From positions 59,441,737 to 59,505,736 of the forward strand of contig NC_068989.1 in assembly GCF_001194135.2 (NCBI RefSeq): a stretch of 64,000 bases of DNA. The letters are read 5' to 3'. The notes beneath the pieces are model-generated. The model did not search any database, was not told where the DNA came from, and saw only the letters and a list, made by a program, of their open reading frames with translations. This stretch comes from Octopus bimaculoides (taxonomy: Eukaryota). The position numbers and the translations under genes were made by a program. This document shows positions 52,752 to 64,000 of this stretch, piece after piece. The first letter of the stretch is position 1. Each line of letters begins with the position of its first letter.

Positions 52752-52870
52752 AAAGATTTGGCTGCTATTTCTAGCACGTCCTGCTACCACGTAACAGCTA
52801 TTTGCGATAAAGGACCTGAAATACCTGTTACGTGGTATCAGGGCGTGCAAGAAATAGCGGCCAAATCTTT
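52752..52870. repeat. Imperfect inverted repeat (52-bp arms, 15-nt loop)
   Basis: aaagatttggctgctatttctagcacgtcctgctaccacgtaacagctattt pairs with aaatacctgttacgtggtatcagggcgtgcaagaaatagcggccaaatcttt. Five DNA mismatches, two of them G.U-compatible on the + strand. Confidence 0.9.
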
Positions 52871-55419
52871 CCTTTTGTGGAGGGAAAGGTGCCGTTTATG
52901 CGTGATTTCGATATCACATTCGTTGAAAGTATGCGAAATAAACTGGAAAAGAAAAAACTCACGGAACAAAACACCGTTGCTGTGAAACTCGGAGTTTCCT
53001 GGTGACCTAAGGGGTCACGAGTAGTCTAGTTTCCTTTATATTCCTCTTGATGCCTTCTGATACTGTTCCCAAGGACCCAACAATAATTGGCATTATCTTT
53101 ATCTTCATTTTCCAGAGCCGGGCTATATATATACATTTATATATATATACATATATATATATNNNNNNNNNNNNNNNNNNNNNNNNNNNNNNNNNNNNNN
53201 NNNNNNNNNNNNNNNNNNNNNNNNNNNNNNNNNNNNNNNNNNNNNNNNNNNNNNNNNNNNNNNNNNNNNNNNNNNNNNNNNNNNNNNNNNNNNNNNNNNN
53301 NNNNNNNNNNNNNNNNNNNNNNNNNNNNNNNNNNNNNNNNNNNNNNNNNNNNNNNNNNNNNNNNNNNNNNNNNNNNNNNNNNNNNNNNNNNNNNNNNNNN
53401 NNNNNNNNNNNNNNNNNNNNNNNNNNNNNNNNNNNNNNNNNNNNNNNNNNNNNNNNNNNNNNNNNNNNNNNNNNNNNNNNNNNNNNNNNNNNNNNNNNNN
53501 NNNNNNNNNNNNNNNNNNNNNNNNNNNNNNNNNNNNNNNNNNNNNNNNNNNNNNNNNNNNNNNNNNNNNNNNNNNNNNNNNNNNNNNNNNNNNNNNNNNN
53601 NNNNNNNNNNNNNNNNNNNNNNNNNNNNNNNNNNNNNNNNNNNNNNNNNNNNNNNNNNNNNNNNNNNNNNNNNNNNNNNNNNNNNNNNNNNNNNNNNNNN
53701 NNNNNNNNNNNNNNNNNNNNNNNNNNNNNNNNNNNNNNNNNNNNNNNNNNNNNNNNNNNNNNNNNNNNNNNNNNNNNNNNNNNNNNNNNNNNNNNNNNNN
53801 NNNNNNNNNNNNNNNNNNNNNNGAAATTCTCAAAAAATAAACTCCATCAGGAATATAAGATTTTCTTTGTTCTCTAATCTCTGGAAACTGTGATTCGGAA
53901 GGAATTAAAACCAAACGAAACCAAAAGTAAAACCATGTACCTTCAAATTGTGCTCCTTTTTCGTTATTTTTTCATAGATGTTTTTAGATATAAAAGAGAA
54001 TGAGACAATCTGAATGTTCAACGATGAGTCAGTTTCCACAAAGATATCAAAGATTTAGCAAAAGATAAAATAAACTACACATTTAAGAATTTTTTCACGA
54101 AATCCTTTGAAAACTAGATTTCGTAGTTTTATTTTGTGAGATTAAAATTTACTATTATAGGTTCTGGAGTTTTTTTCTCCCCCTTCCATCTCGGTTTTAA
54201 TTTTCTATTTTTTTTTTTTTTGGTGGGGGGTTAGTTCCAAAAAAAAAATTTGGAAAACCGACAAACATTGCTAAGCATTGAAATTTCAGCTATTCAATGA
54301 ACCTCATTCACTTCATATACATTCATGCATGCATTTGTAAACATTTGTGTTCATTTCAAAGAAAAACTGTTAAATACAAAACTAACTATATCGACCAGTG
54401 TTAACTGCGCATGAAGAACTAAAAAGAGAAATATAAAAAAAAAATATTCCCCGTGAGCTTCGGTGGAGGCGGTGTACAAGTAATTAACTTTGATAAACAG
54501 TGGCTGTTGTAGTAGCGGAAAACTATGCAGAGTGAAGCGACAGTGCATCTGTGGAACGAGTCTTCGCCAATCACATGGATTTTGTTTTTATGGTGCCTAG
54601 TAGTATGTGTGTGCGCGCGCGCGTGTATGTGGCAATATTTGTTGTTGTTATTGCTGCTGCTACTGCTGCTGTTATGGCTGTGCCTAGTAGTTGTTAGTTA
54701 CAGTACATTGTGGTATGTTAGAAATCTTCAGTTTATGTGTTCATGCTTTGGAGTTGCTAAGCAATGTTTAAACTTGTTTAGTACGTGAAGGTTGAGAGTG
54801 AGTGAGTGAGCGAGTGAGTGAGTGAGTGAGTGAGTAAGTGAGACAGTGAGTGAGTGAGTGAGTAGTAGGTGAATGAATAAGAGGTGACAAAGCGAGATAG
54901 AAATAAAGAAATAACTTTAAATAAATTTTAAAGCAGTTTTTAAAAAAAGCAAAAACATTTCAACTTTAATTGTATTCAGTCGAAAATGCTAATTCTAAAA
55001 TAATTGCGTGGGGAAAGAATTTTACCAATTTTCCTCCGGAACTTTGACCTTCCACAGAAACTCCTTCATCAAAATTAGTTACATTTCCTGAATTATCTTA
55101 GTTTTAATTAAAATTTTCGTTTTTATGTATTTCACCTGCCACATTAATAGTGCTGACGTCAAAGGCTGTTAATAATAAAATTAGCTTCATTTACTTTACA
55201 AAATGCAGATAGTTGTTTTGAAAACTTGCTGATTCATGAAAGTAATGCTTTGTTTCCGCTGTCGTTTGAGTAAACGGTTCATCCAAATCCTATCAGAATC
55301 GCTATGATGATTCGGTCTCTGCAAATACAAATGTATTTAAAAAAGACCATCTTTTTCCTATTTAAAGACTTGGTAAGGGAGAGGTTTGCAATAATAACTA
55401 CTGAGTCACTTCAATTTCT

Positions 55420-55636
55420 TTATTGCCCACAAGGGGCTAAACTTAGAGGGGACAAACAAAGAGGTTAAGATGATTACATCGACCCCAGTGCGTAACTGGT
55501 ACTTAATTTATCGACCCCGAAAAGATGAAAGGCAAAGTCGACCTCGGCGGAATTTGAACTCAGAACGTAACGGCAGACGAAATACCGCTAAGCATTTCGC
55601 CCGTTGTGCTAACGTTTCTGCCAGCTCGCCGCCTTC
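55420..55636 (-). mobile_element. High-copy SINE copy, near-consensus with CpGs intact
   Basis: atcgaccccgaaaagatgaaaggcaaagtcgacctcggcggaatttgaactcagaacgtaacggcagacgaaataccgctaagcatttcgccc..ccagctcgccgcc. Confidence 0.85.
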
Positions 55637-56361
55637 ATGAACAACTGAGTCACTTCACCTCACAATTTACAGTTATGTAACAGTAATCAGTTCTTCAGCT
55701 ACAACAAACTTCACACATATTTTACAATAACAGATTACTTCAGTACCAAACTAATATATTTTCATTTTTCAACGGATCCACTACGAGTTACTAACTCATT
55801 TAGGAGCCATCGAGGAATCAAAGCTATTTTATAAAGTTATACGTTGGAAACTGTCTTAGATACATTATGCCTGAAATTAAATAGAGATTGTCAGTTGGAA
55901 TGTTTTAGGGCACATGTATGCTTAATGAAGGCTTATTGGGAGCTAAAAAATGGTAACGATATGGCGTAGTCATTAGACCGGGATGAAGTATTGTAAACTT
56001 GCATCAAATAAATCATTCCAATGATGGCATCATTGGATGGTGTGAGAATGTCTAAAGCAATGTCGTGTAACTATACAGAAGACTAAAGGAGTTGGGAAAT
56101 CTTTGAGCATGTTAAAAGTCAGTCTAGCGATTCACGATACCGATCGGCGTGGGATTACCTCTCGCGGTAATTGCAAGTCCACTGACTTGTCTTGGTTTCT
56201 GGTTGTATGTACAAATGTGATATATTCCTTCAGTATGGCGCTAACCTAACTTTTCTACTGCATTTAAATGAACTTCTATCACTCACTTGCAAGTTACAAA
56301 CATAACTTTACATAAAGTCTAAATCATTCTGTTACCTATTTTCAATATTAGTTCATTTCAA

Positions 56362-56770
56362 AATGGCGGCCAGTTGGCAGAATCGTTAGCACACCAAGTA
56401 AGATGCTTAGCGGCATTTCGTACGTCTTTACGTCCTTAGTTCAAATTCCACTCTGAGATCGACTTTTGCCTTTCATCCTTTTTGGGTCGATAAAATAATT
56501 ACCAGATGAGCATTTGGGTTGATGTATCGACTTACCTCCTGCTAAAATTTGAAACCCAAGACAGCGAGCTGGGAAAAATGCTCAGCCGGGGAAAATGCTC
56601 AGTGGCATTTCGTCCGTCTTTCCGTTCTGAGTTCAAATGCCGCCGAGGTTGACTTTGCCTTTCATCTTTTCGGAGTCGATAAAATAAGTACCAGTTTGAG
56701 TACTGGGGCCGATGTAATGGACTTGACCCTCCCTCAAACTTGCTGGCTTTGTGCAATAATTTTAAACCAA
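56362..56770 (+). mobile_element. Two tandem high-copy SINE copies
   Basis: Two consecutive ..gttcaaat..gactttgcctttcatc..gtcgataaaata..accag units. Confidence 0.8.
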
Positions 56771-58792
56771 TATCAGCTCATTTACTACCTCTATCTTCTT
56801 CACAAATTACCAACTCGCCCTAAATCATTTTTTTTTATTTCACATCAATCTCAGACTTTTCTTTAATTTCAGCCATTACCTATCAATCTTCTCTATAATT
56901 AATTTCGCAGTCTCTCCCACATTGTACTCACTCCCTCTTCATCATATTCTCCACAATATTTTTCTTTTTGTCCTATTCTACTATTATCCTATTATTCTAT
57001 TATTTACCGAATACTTCGTCGAGTGTTAAATAGTGACGTATGCTTTAAAGGGAGATGGGCTCGACTAGACTGACTTCCCTTAAATATTCTCCATAGAAAC
57101 TAACTCTTCTCTAGTGTTTTCAACAAAGACATTCCTCGGTGCTTCATCAGCTGCTAATTAGTGATTAGCAACATAAATACCTCTCAGTTTTGATTCATTC
57201 TTCTCTAGGTGTGGGTAACGAATTTTTTAGGACTTCTCGCTTAGTGCAATTTACACAATATTAAAACATTTGTTCATAAATTGACTTATAACAGTTACCG
57301 TTCCTTTAACAATAAATACATAGTTAACTGATTTGCGTAACCAATCGACTCCAGTTCACATATGCAATTTTTAGAATCATGAAGTTCACTATATCCAGTG
57401 TGCCGCCCAGTAAACTTCAGAAACCATGTCTTCATGACAAAACCAATTGCTTACTTGATAAGATATATTTAGTTTCGTACAACAGTTAGCATTATCAATA
57501 TATTTGTCGTTGTATTCCGATCATGCTATGGTTTATGTACCTTGACTGTTGAGTTATCTCCAAATAGATGGTGGCTTTAACGGAAAAAATACGTTGTTAT
57601 TTGTGAACTTCAGGAAGAAATTTAAACACTTTTGTTGTGTGTTTATCAGAATAAAATCTTATATTAGGAAGATTGTGTGGAAATGGCTTCACTGAGATGA
57701 AGCCGTAGCTGCAACAACTATTTTTATGTTTCAGACAACAACTGGTTGCGAAACCAATTCTGTTCAAGAATCGGTTTTTGGTTTGTTGTTAATCATTTGC
57801 AACTTAACGATTTCTGGAATAGAGGGAAAAGATTCGCAAGGAAGGAATTGTGTGAATAAAGTCTTGGAAAAAGGAATCAAATTAGAATACTTTAGTGTTG
57901 AAAATGTTAAAATGAGAGGAAGTAGAGGTGAAGAAATAATAGTCTGAACAGTAACAGTAAAAACCTATCAGATACAAAAAAAAAAACCTCGTCTCTTCCT
58001 ACTTACGGTGAAAAAGTATATGCAGAGCAGAGAGCGATTAAAAGAGAAAAATAGAGGGGGGGGCGCGTCAGATGGGAAAATGAGAAAAAGAATGAATAAG
58101 AGTAAAAGAATGGGGAAGCATGAACGTAAAGGAGAGCGTCGAGACAAAACTAAAGAAATAATAGAGATGTTGAGACTATGTAGATGTGAGCGAGTTGAGG
58201 AACGAGTGAATAGCGTAAAGGCAAATGATAAAAGCAGAAAGTGTTACAGGAAGAGGAAGGTAGAACAGGCGTATGTGCATGGCATGATCAATATTTAAAA
58301 GACGGTGTCTGAGGAAGGTGTAGTGAGATGAGGCTGGGGCAGGAGACCAAAAATCAATACTGTTGTCTCAGCCAGCATTCGTAGATATTTCATAGTTTGG
58401 TCGCTATGGCAACACTTTTTCTCTTTCAGAGGAATTTACACTTCCTCCTATAATGTTCTTTACGCGTTCACACTTTTGTCTGGAGATAAAGTGCAGCAGA
58501 GCTGCTTCAATACAGTCTACTGTTGACATATAATATATAAAAGTCAAAGATTGATATACGAGCAGACGATTAATGAAAATTAGTGATTAATATATCCACC
58601 ATAAGCTATCAGATCTCATCTAATTCTATAGTGGAAGAATGCCAGTACGTTTGCTGGAAATACTAAATATTTTCTGCTGATAGCGCTATTTCTGTGAAAA
58701 CACTTGTTACGTAAAAAGTCTACAATCCTGTCTTCTATCATGTCTATACGTTAGACATATGTGTATATATATATATAAACACATACACACTG

Positions 58793-58823
<31 letters not shown>

Positions 58824-59419
58824 TGTATGTATGTATTATGCATGTATGTCACATGCATATGTACGTATAGACACGTACGCACTCACACTTAAACACGCAT
58901 CCAGCCATACTGTTATGTATGTTTGTGTATAGGTGGGGACATGCATATGTATACGTGCGTCATATATGCATATCATATATTTATATGGATATCTACGCAC
59001 ATTATAAGTGTATATATATATATATATNNNNNNNNNNTATGTGTGTGTGTGTGTGTGTGTGTGTGTATACACACACATTTTTACACATATATATCATATA
59101 TGCATGTCTATGTATGTAAGTGCGTGCTTCATGCTTCATTCTCTGTGTGTGTATATGTATATATAGATACGGACATACATACGTACATACACACGCGCGC
59201 ACATACACATACGCTCAGACGCACACGCACAGACACTCACACACACACATGCACACACACACGCACACCCATGTTGCATACGAAGACAGCTGAAAATGTT
59301 TTCACTCTGCCTACAGTTCGACAATGAAAGTTATAAAAAGCTAATTTAACTGTAAATTTGCTTCAAGTTCTGTAATACACGCTGATATGTATGTGTGTAT
59401 ATGTTGTGTATCTGTGTTT

Positions 59420-59615
59420 GTCCCCCCAACATCGCTTGACAACCGATGCTGGTGTGTTTAGGACCCCGTAACTTAGCGGTTCGGCAAAAAGAGACCGATA
59501 GAATAAGTACTAGGCTTACAAAGAATAAGTCCTGGGGTCGATTTGATTCGACTAAAGGCGGTGTTCCAGCATGGCCGCAGTCAAATGACTGAAACAAGTA
59601 AAAGAATAAAAGAAT
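59420..59615 (+). mobile_element. SINE-like repeat (best-preserved copy of the 4105/7530 family)
   Basis: cgcttgacaaccgatgctggtgtgttt..gtaacttagcggttcggc..gagaccgatagaataagtact..ccagcatggccgcagtcaaatgactgaaacaagtaaaaga. Confidence 0.8.
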
Positions 59616-60236
59616 ATATATATATATATATATATAAAATATATAGCTTTAGGGAAAATAACCAAGTTTCAAGAACTTATCGATGAAAATCCACTATCAC
59701 ATATAGAAAAATTAATAATTAAAAGCACAATAAATGAGTATAATATANNNNNNNNNNNNNNNNNNNNNNNNNNNNNNNNNNNNNNNNNNNNNNNNNNNNN
59801 NNNNNNNNNNNNNNNNNNNNNNNNNNNNNNNNNNNNNNNNNNNNNNNNNNNNNNNNNNNNNNNNNNNNNNNNNNNNNNNNNNNNNNNNNNNNNNNNNNNN
59901 NNNNNNNNNNNNNNNNNNNNNNNNNNNNNNNNNNNNNNNNNNNNNNNNNNNNNNNNNNNNNNNNNNNNNNNNNNNNNNNNNNNNNNNNNNNNNNNNNNNN
60001 NNNNNNNNNNNNNNNNNNNNNNNNNNNNNNNNNNNNNNNNNNNNNNNNNNNNNNNNNNNNNNNNNNNNNNNNNNNNNNNNNNNNNNNNNNNNNNNNNNNN
60101 NNNNNNNNNNNNNNNNNNNNNNNNNNNNNNNNNNNNNNNNNNNNNNNNNNNNNNNNNNNNNNNNNNNNNNNNNNNNNNNNNNNNNNNNNNNNNNNNNNNN
60201 NNNNNNNNNNNNNNNNNNNNNNNNNNNNNNNNNNNN

Positions 60237-60279
<43 letters not shown>

Positions 60280-60289
60280 TCAACATTTT

Positions 60290-61380
60290 CAAGCTTATAC
60301 CAGAGTTTCTGTCAAAACTTAGTATATCTCTGGCACAGAGTGACAGTATTCCATTCTCTCGTGTCCTGTATCACTATTACTCCTTTCCGGCACTGTCACA
60401 GTAGTTTGTATACCTCTAGTAACAAGATGCACTTTCCACACATGATGGCCTCTGGTGGAATGTCATCCAATCTTGGTGCTTTGCCCGTGGAAAGACAATT
60501 ATTAGCCTTACGCAGTTCTTTAGTAGTTGGCAGTGTGTCTAGTTCCTCCATCACTGGCAGGTGTCCCACAGAAGCTAGCACTCTGTTCAAGCTGGTGTTT
60601 CTTATGAAACTGAGTTCAGGGTAATGCTCTACCGATCTTTTCATCTGCTTGTCTTTGTCTTTTATGGTCTCACCTGTTATGGTTTTAAGAGCTGCTGTCT
60701 TGTTCATGGCTACGCTGAACCACTCATACACACCATGGATGTCACCTGTGCCAAACGATGCTTGAATAGCTTTGCATGGGTATTGTCAACTGTCCTAGCG
60801 TCTAAGCGTTTTCTGGGTCTTGTATTTTGTTGTTTTTAATGCTTGCAAGATTGCCTAGGCGAGGTAGCATTTAAGTTCAAGTAGTGTAGCATACTTCACC
60901 TAGATGACAGCAGCGAGTTTGCTTGAACTTGCTCCAAGATAGTCCTGTGTCTTACCCCGTTTTTGACGAAAGGTATTCAGTGAGATACTGTAGATGATAT
61001 CTCTGAGAGAATCTGATCTGTGCATTTCTGTGTGGTGGGTCTGCAGAGAGGGTGTCTTTCAGTAAATGGATGGAATCTGCCCATTTGTCTGCATGCAGTG
61101 TCATAGTAACATTAATGTACAACTTGCCGGATGGTGTCATATAGTGCACTTTCTTTGGTTGAAGTTTACTCTTGCAGCGAGTGATCTGAGTCACATTCGG
61201 CACTCTGCAAGGATCGAGTCAGAAACACACTTCTGAAAGGACGATATCTTATAAATATTTGGCATTTGGTGCCAGTATTTGTAAAAGCGATATCTCCAAA
61301 AACACTCTGAAAGTAAGTGTTGGTGTCCATTGAGTGTGCAAAACTCAAGCAGCAGTTATCCATTGTCATTTGTGTAACTG
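60290..61380 (-). mobile_element. RTE-clade LINE remnant (APE C-terminus to pre-RT region)
   Basis: Minus strand shows NDNG.LLLEFC..TNTYFQ and RSLQSAECDSDHSL (APE motifs), then LPVMEELDTLPTTKELRKA..LSTGKAPRLDDIPPEA (cf. the RTE KAPGxDGIP motif). Frameshifted. Confidence 0.85.
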
Positions 61381-61505
61381 CTATCGACCCCAAAGGATGA
61401 AAGGTAAAGTCGAGCTCGATGGAATTTGAATTCAGAACGTAAAGACGGACTAAATGCCGCAAAGCATTTGGCCCGGCATGTTAACGATTCTGCTAGCTGG
61501 CGGCC
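61380..61505 (-). mobile_element. High-copy SINE copy abutting the RTE remnant
   Basis: atcgaccccaaaggatgaaaggtaaagtcgagctcgatggaatttgaattcagaacgt..gcattt..gttaacgattctgctagct. Confidence 0.75.
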
Positions 61506-62389
61506 TTATCTTTACCATTTTAATATTGTTATGCATCTTATAATACCGAACTATATCTACTTTATGACCTAAAGAATTTTATCGTGCTATTGTTCAAATC
61601 TCACTAGCACACGGGAAATTTATACACAGCAGAGTAAGCTTCTTGCCCGTGAACACGATGTCCGAATGAAAACACTGGAGCTCTCTTCTGGAGTCTTTGT
61701 ATTATCAATAAATTTTCTTGGAAATTATTTCAGCCTAACGTAACACTGCAGAATATGTTCGGATTCGAATCATAGATACAATAATGTCAGAGTTTTTGTT
61801 TTGTTTTTGTCTATAGACATGAGTACTGGGCGTTTTACAGTTTTAAGACATAGTGTACTTGAATTTGAATCATCATCTTGAGTGACTGAATAAGTCCTAA
61901 AGTGTTGAAAATGTGGTTAGGAAAACGAAATAAATGTAGAGAAGTCATCGTAGTCTATAACTCAACAGTTAAATATTACAATTAATGATTATCGAACACC
62001 AAGACTCGATAGACTTCTAACAGTAAAGGTCTTGAATATCAATTTTTGCCTTTCTAATAGTCGTCTACTCAACCATTAGCAATAAAGAACTTCGATGAGA
62101 CGAAAGTTGTTGAAACTACGTCAGAGGATTTGTAGAGAACTTTACTTTCACATAGTGCCTACTTAAACGAGATGAATTAGTATTGACATCACTTTATATA
62201 TACCTTCGCATCTGTGTCCTTCGACGCGATTACATTTGAGCATGCATCTAAATTTGTTGGTTTTGCTTGTTGTCTGCAATAATATTTTTAAACACACATC
62301 TAACAATCTCCAAAAATACTGACACTATATTCTTTCAACCAGATCAAGACATTCATTTTCTATTTGTCAAAGAATATTTGTTGGTAAAC

Positions 62390-62710
62390 CAGTGGTTCTC
62401 AATCATTGTTTTACCTCTGGACCCCTTTGATTGCTATTTTACTCTGGTGGACCTCATAGACATTCGATATTTAAAAACGAGTTTTATATAATCTTCTTTA
62501 AAAATTCCTATTTTGTTTTTCACACATTAACTTGTATAGGCTGAACTATATAAAACATTTGAGAAAGAAATATTGCTGTTTCTTGCAATAAATACATCTA
62601 AAGCAAAAATGTTTCAAGGGCCCTAAACGAACTACTGTGAGTCCCTAATTTACTACTTTGCTTGCATGGACCTCCGAGGGGGTCATATGGACCTTGCTTG
62701 AGAACCACTG
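62390..62710. mobile_element. hAT-type MITE, same family as 39848-40178
   Basis: TIRs cagtggttctcaa / ttgagaaccactg and shared internal ggacccc motifs and aaaattcctattttgttttt. No matching TSD. Confidence 0.75.
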
Positions 62711-63382
62711 CTCTATATGGCTATATATAGTAATAAATAGAGTATATATGGAAGTAAATAGTGTACATATGGTAGTAAATATATCCGTATATAGTAATAC
62801 ATAGAGGTAATACATAGAGTTATGTATTGCTGAGTGATTCAAACACTTAGTATCTTGCCATTGTACCCAGGTTTCGCGAGAAAATACAACACAAGATGTT
62901 AACAGTAACAATACAATTTAAGCCAATTGTGTCTTCTAATTTAATTTAATACTAAGTTCAGTTCATTCTGACCTGGATCGCATAAAGGAAAATATCATTT
63001 AAATTATTAATGATATGAGAACAAGAATAAATGCCAAACATATTACATGTACTACATAAGTCACCTTTTAGAAATAGCTGTCTTGCATAAGAACTGGTAG
63101 CGCTTGAATTCAACTTATTGAAGAAATGTAATTCCAATAACAATCTACATTCCTGTGTCTCTGAAAAGAATCCGGTGTTTACATATTCAAACTTAGTGGT
63201 CTTATAAATAAAAGACTAAAACCTGAGAAATCATTTCATTTCTAACAAAGCTGAAATTAAATAGAATGGAACATTAAAAGCTTGTATTTCAAACTTGGTC
63301 ATTTGTAAGCAACAGAATTCATCAAAGAACGTTCTGTTCTATTGATTTCAAGAGTAAGGGAAGAGAGAGGGTGACAGAGAGA

Positions 63383-63491
<109 letters not shown>

Positions 63492-63708
63492 TCTAGGTTG
63501 TAAGATTTCCATATTCTCCCAAAGAAGCGAAGTGAAATAGCAACAATCTAAAGAAACAACATCTTGCTTTCAACTCTGTCACTAAACCTTTTGTTATTGA
63601 CTTGTAGTCGGCTTGTTAACATCACAACACGCACGCGCATATCTCTCTCTTTCTCTCTCTTTCGCTTTCTCTCTCACTCTCTCTCTCTCTCTCTTTCGCT
63701 CTCTCTCA

Positions 63709-63755
<47 letters not shown>

Positions 63756-63943
63756 TATTGATTAATTAGCCGAATCAGAGATTATACAGTATCAATCAAT
63801 ACAAAGGGGTTGAACTGGCTGAGTCCTTAGAGCATTGCTTATGTTTTGCCGCATTAGTTTTGACTGGCTGCACTCTTAGTTCGAACCCAATTTAGAGCAA
63901 CTTTGCCTTTCCTTTCAGAGCCGATAAATAAAGTACCAAATAG

Positions 63944-64000
<57 letters not shown>

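Noticed and set aside
58008-58298. Lys/Arg/Glu-rich 96-aa ORF
   Set aside because: Low-complexity purine-rich tract with no domain; such tracts are naturally stop-poor.
58400-58413. GTCGCTATGGCAAC, a match to the RFX X-box consensus
   Set aside because: About one match to the degenerate consensus is expected by chance in this window, and no adjacent gene start was identified.

Overview
Eukaryotic, AT-rich, repeat-dense genomic DNA with several N gaps. It is most consistent with a coleoid cephalopod (Octopus-like); this is my inference from the SINE families and microsatellite load. The only protein-coding gene I can support is the 3' end of a class I myosin, most similar to Myo1D/Myo31DF. 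It has six + strand exons from 301 to the stop at 13394-13396. All splice sites are canonical (GT-AG) and phase-compatible, and the exons encode the post-IQ region and the TH1/PH-like tail. The rest is decayed transposons (Penelope-like, RTE LINEs, mariner/Tc1, Tigger/pogo, hAT and piggyBac-type MITEs), tRNA-derived SINEs and microsatellites. Most ORFs in the supplied track are microsatellite or chance ORFs. There are no rRNA genes, real tRNA genes or CRISPR arrays. The most notable observations are: (i) a sharp switch from CpG-depleted to CpG-rich DNA near 33-34 kb, about 20 kb past the myosin stop, visible in paired SINE copies; (ii) a perfect spacer-less 120-bp palindrome; (iii) a hydrophobic in-frame extension behind the myosin stop (TAA-CTA); (iv) an unclassified ~1 kb LTR-like element carrying a broken ORF. 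I found no clearly novel multi-gene system.
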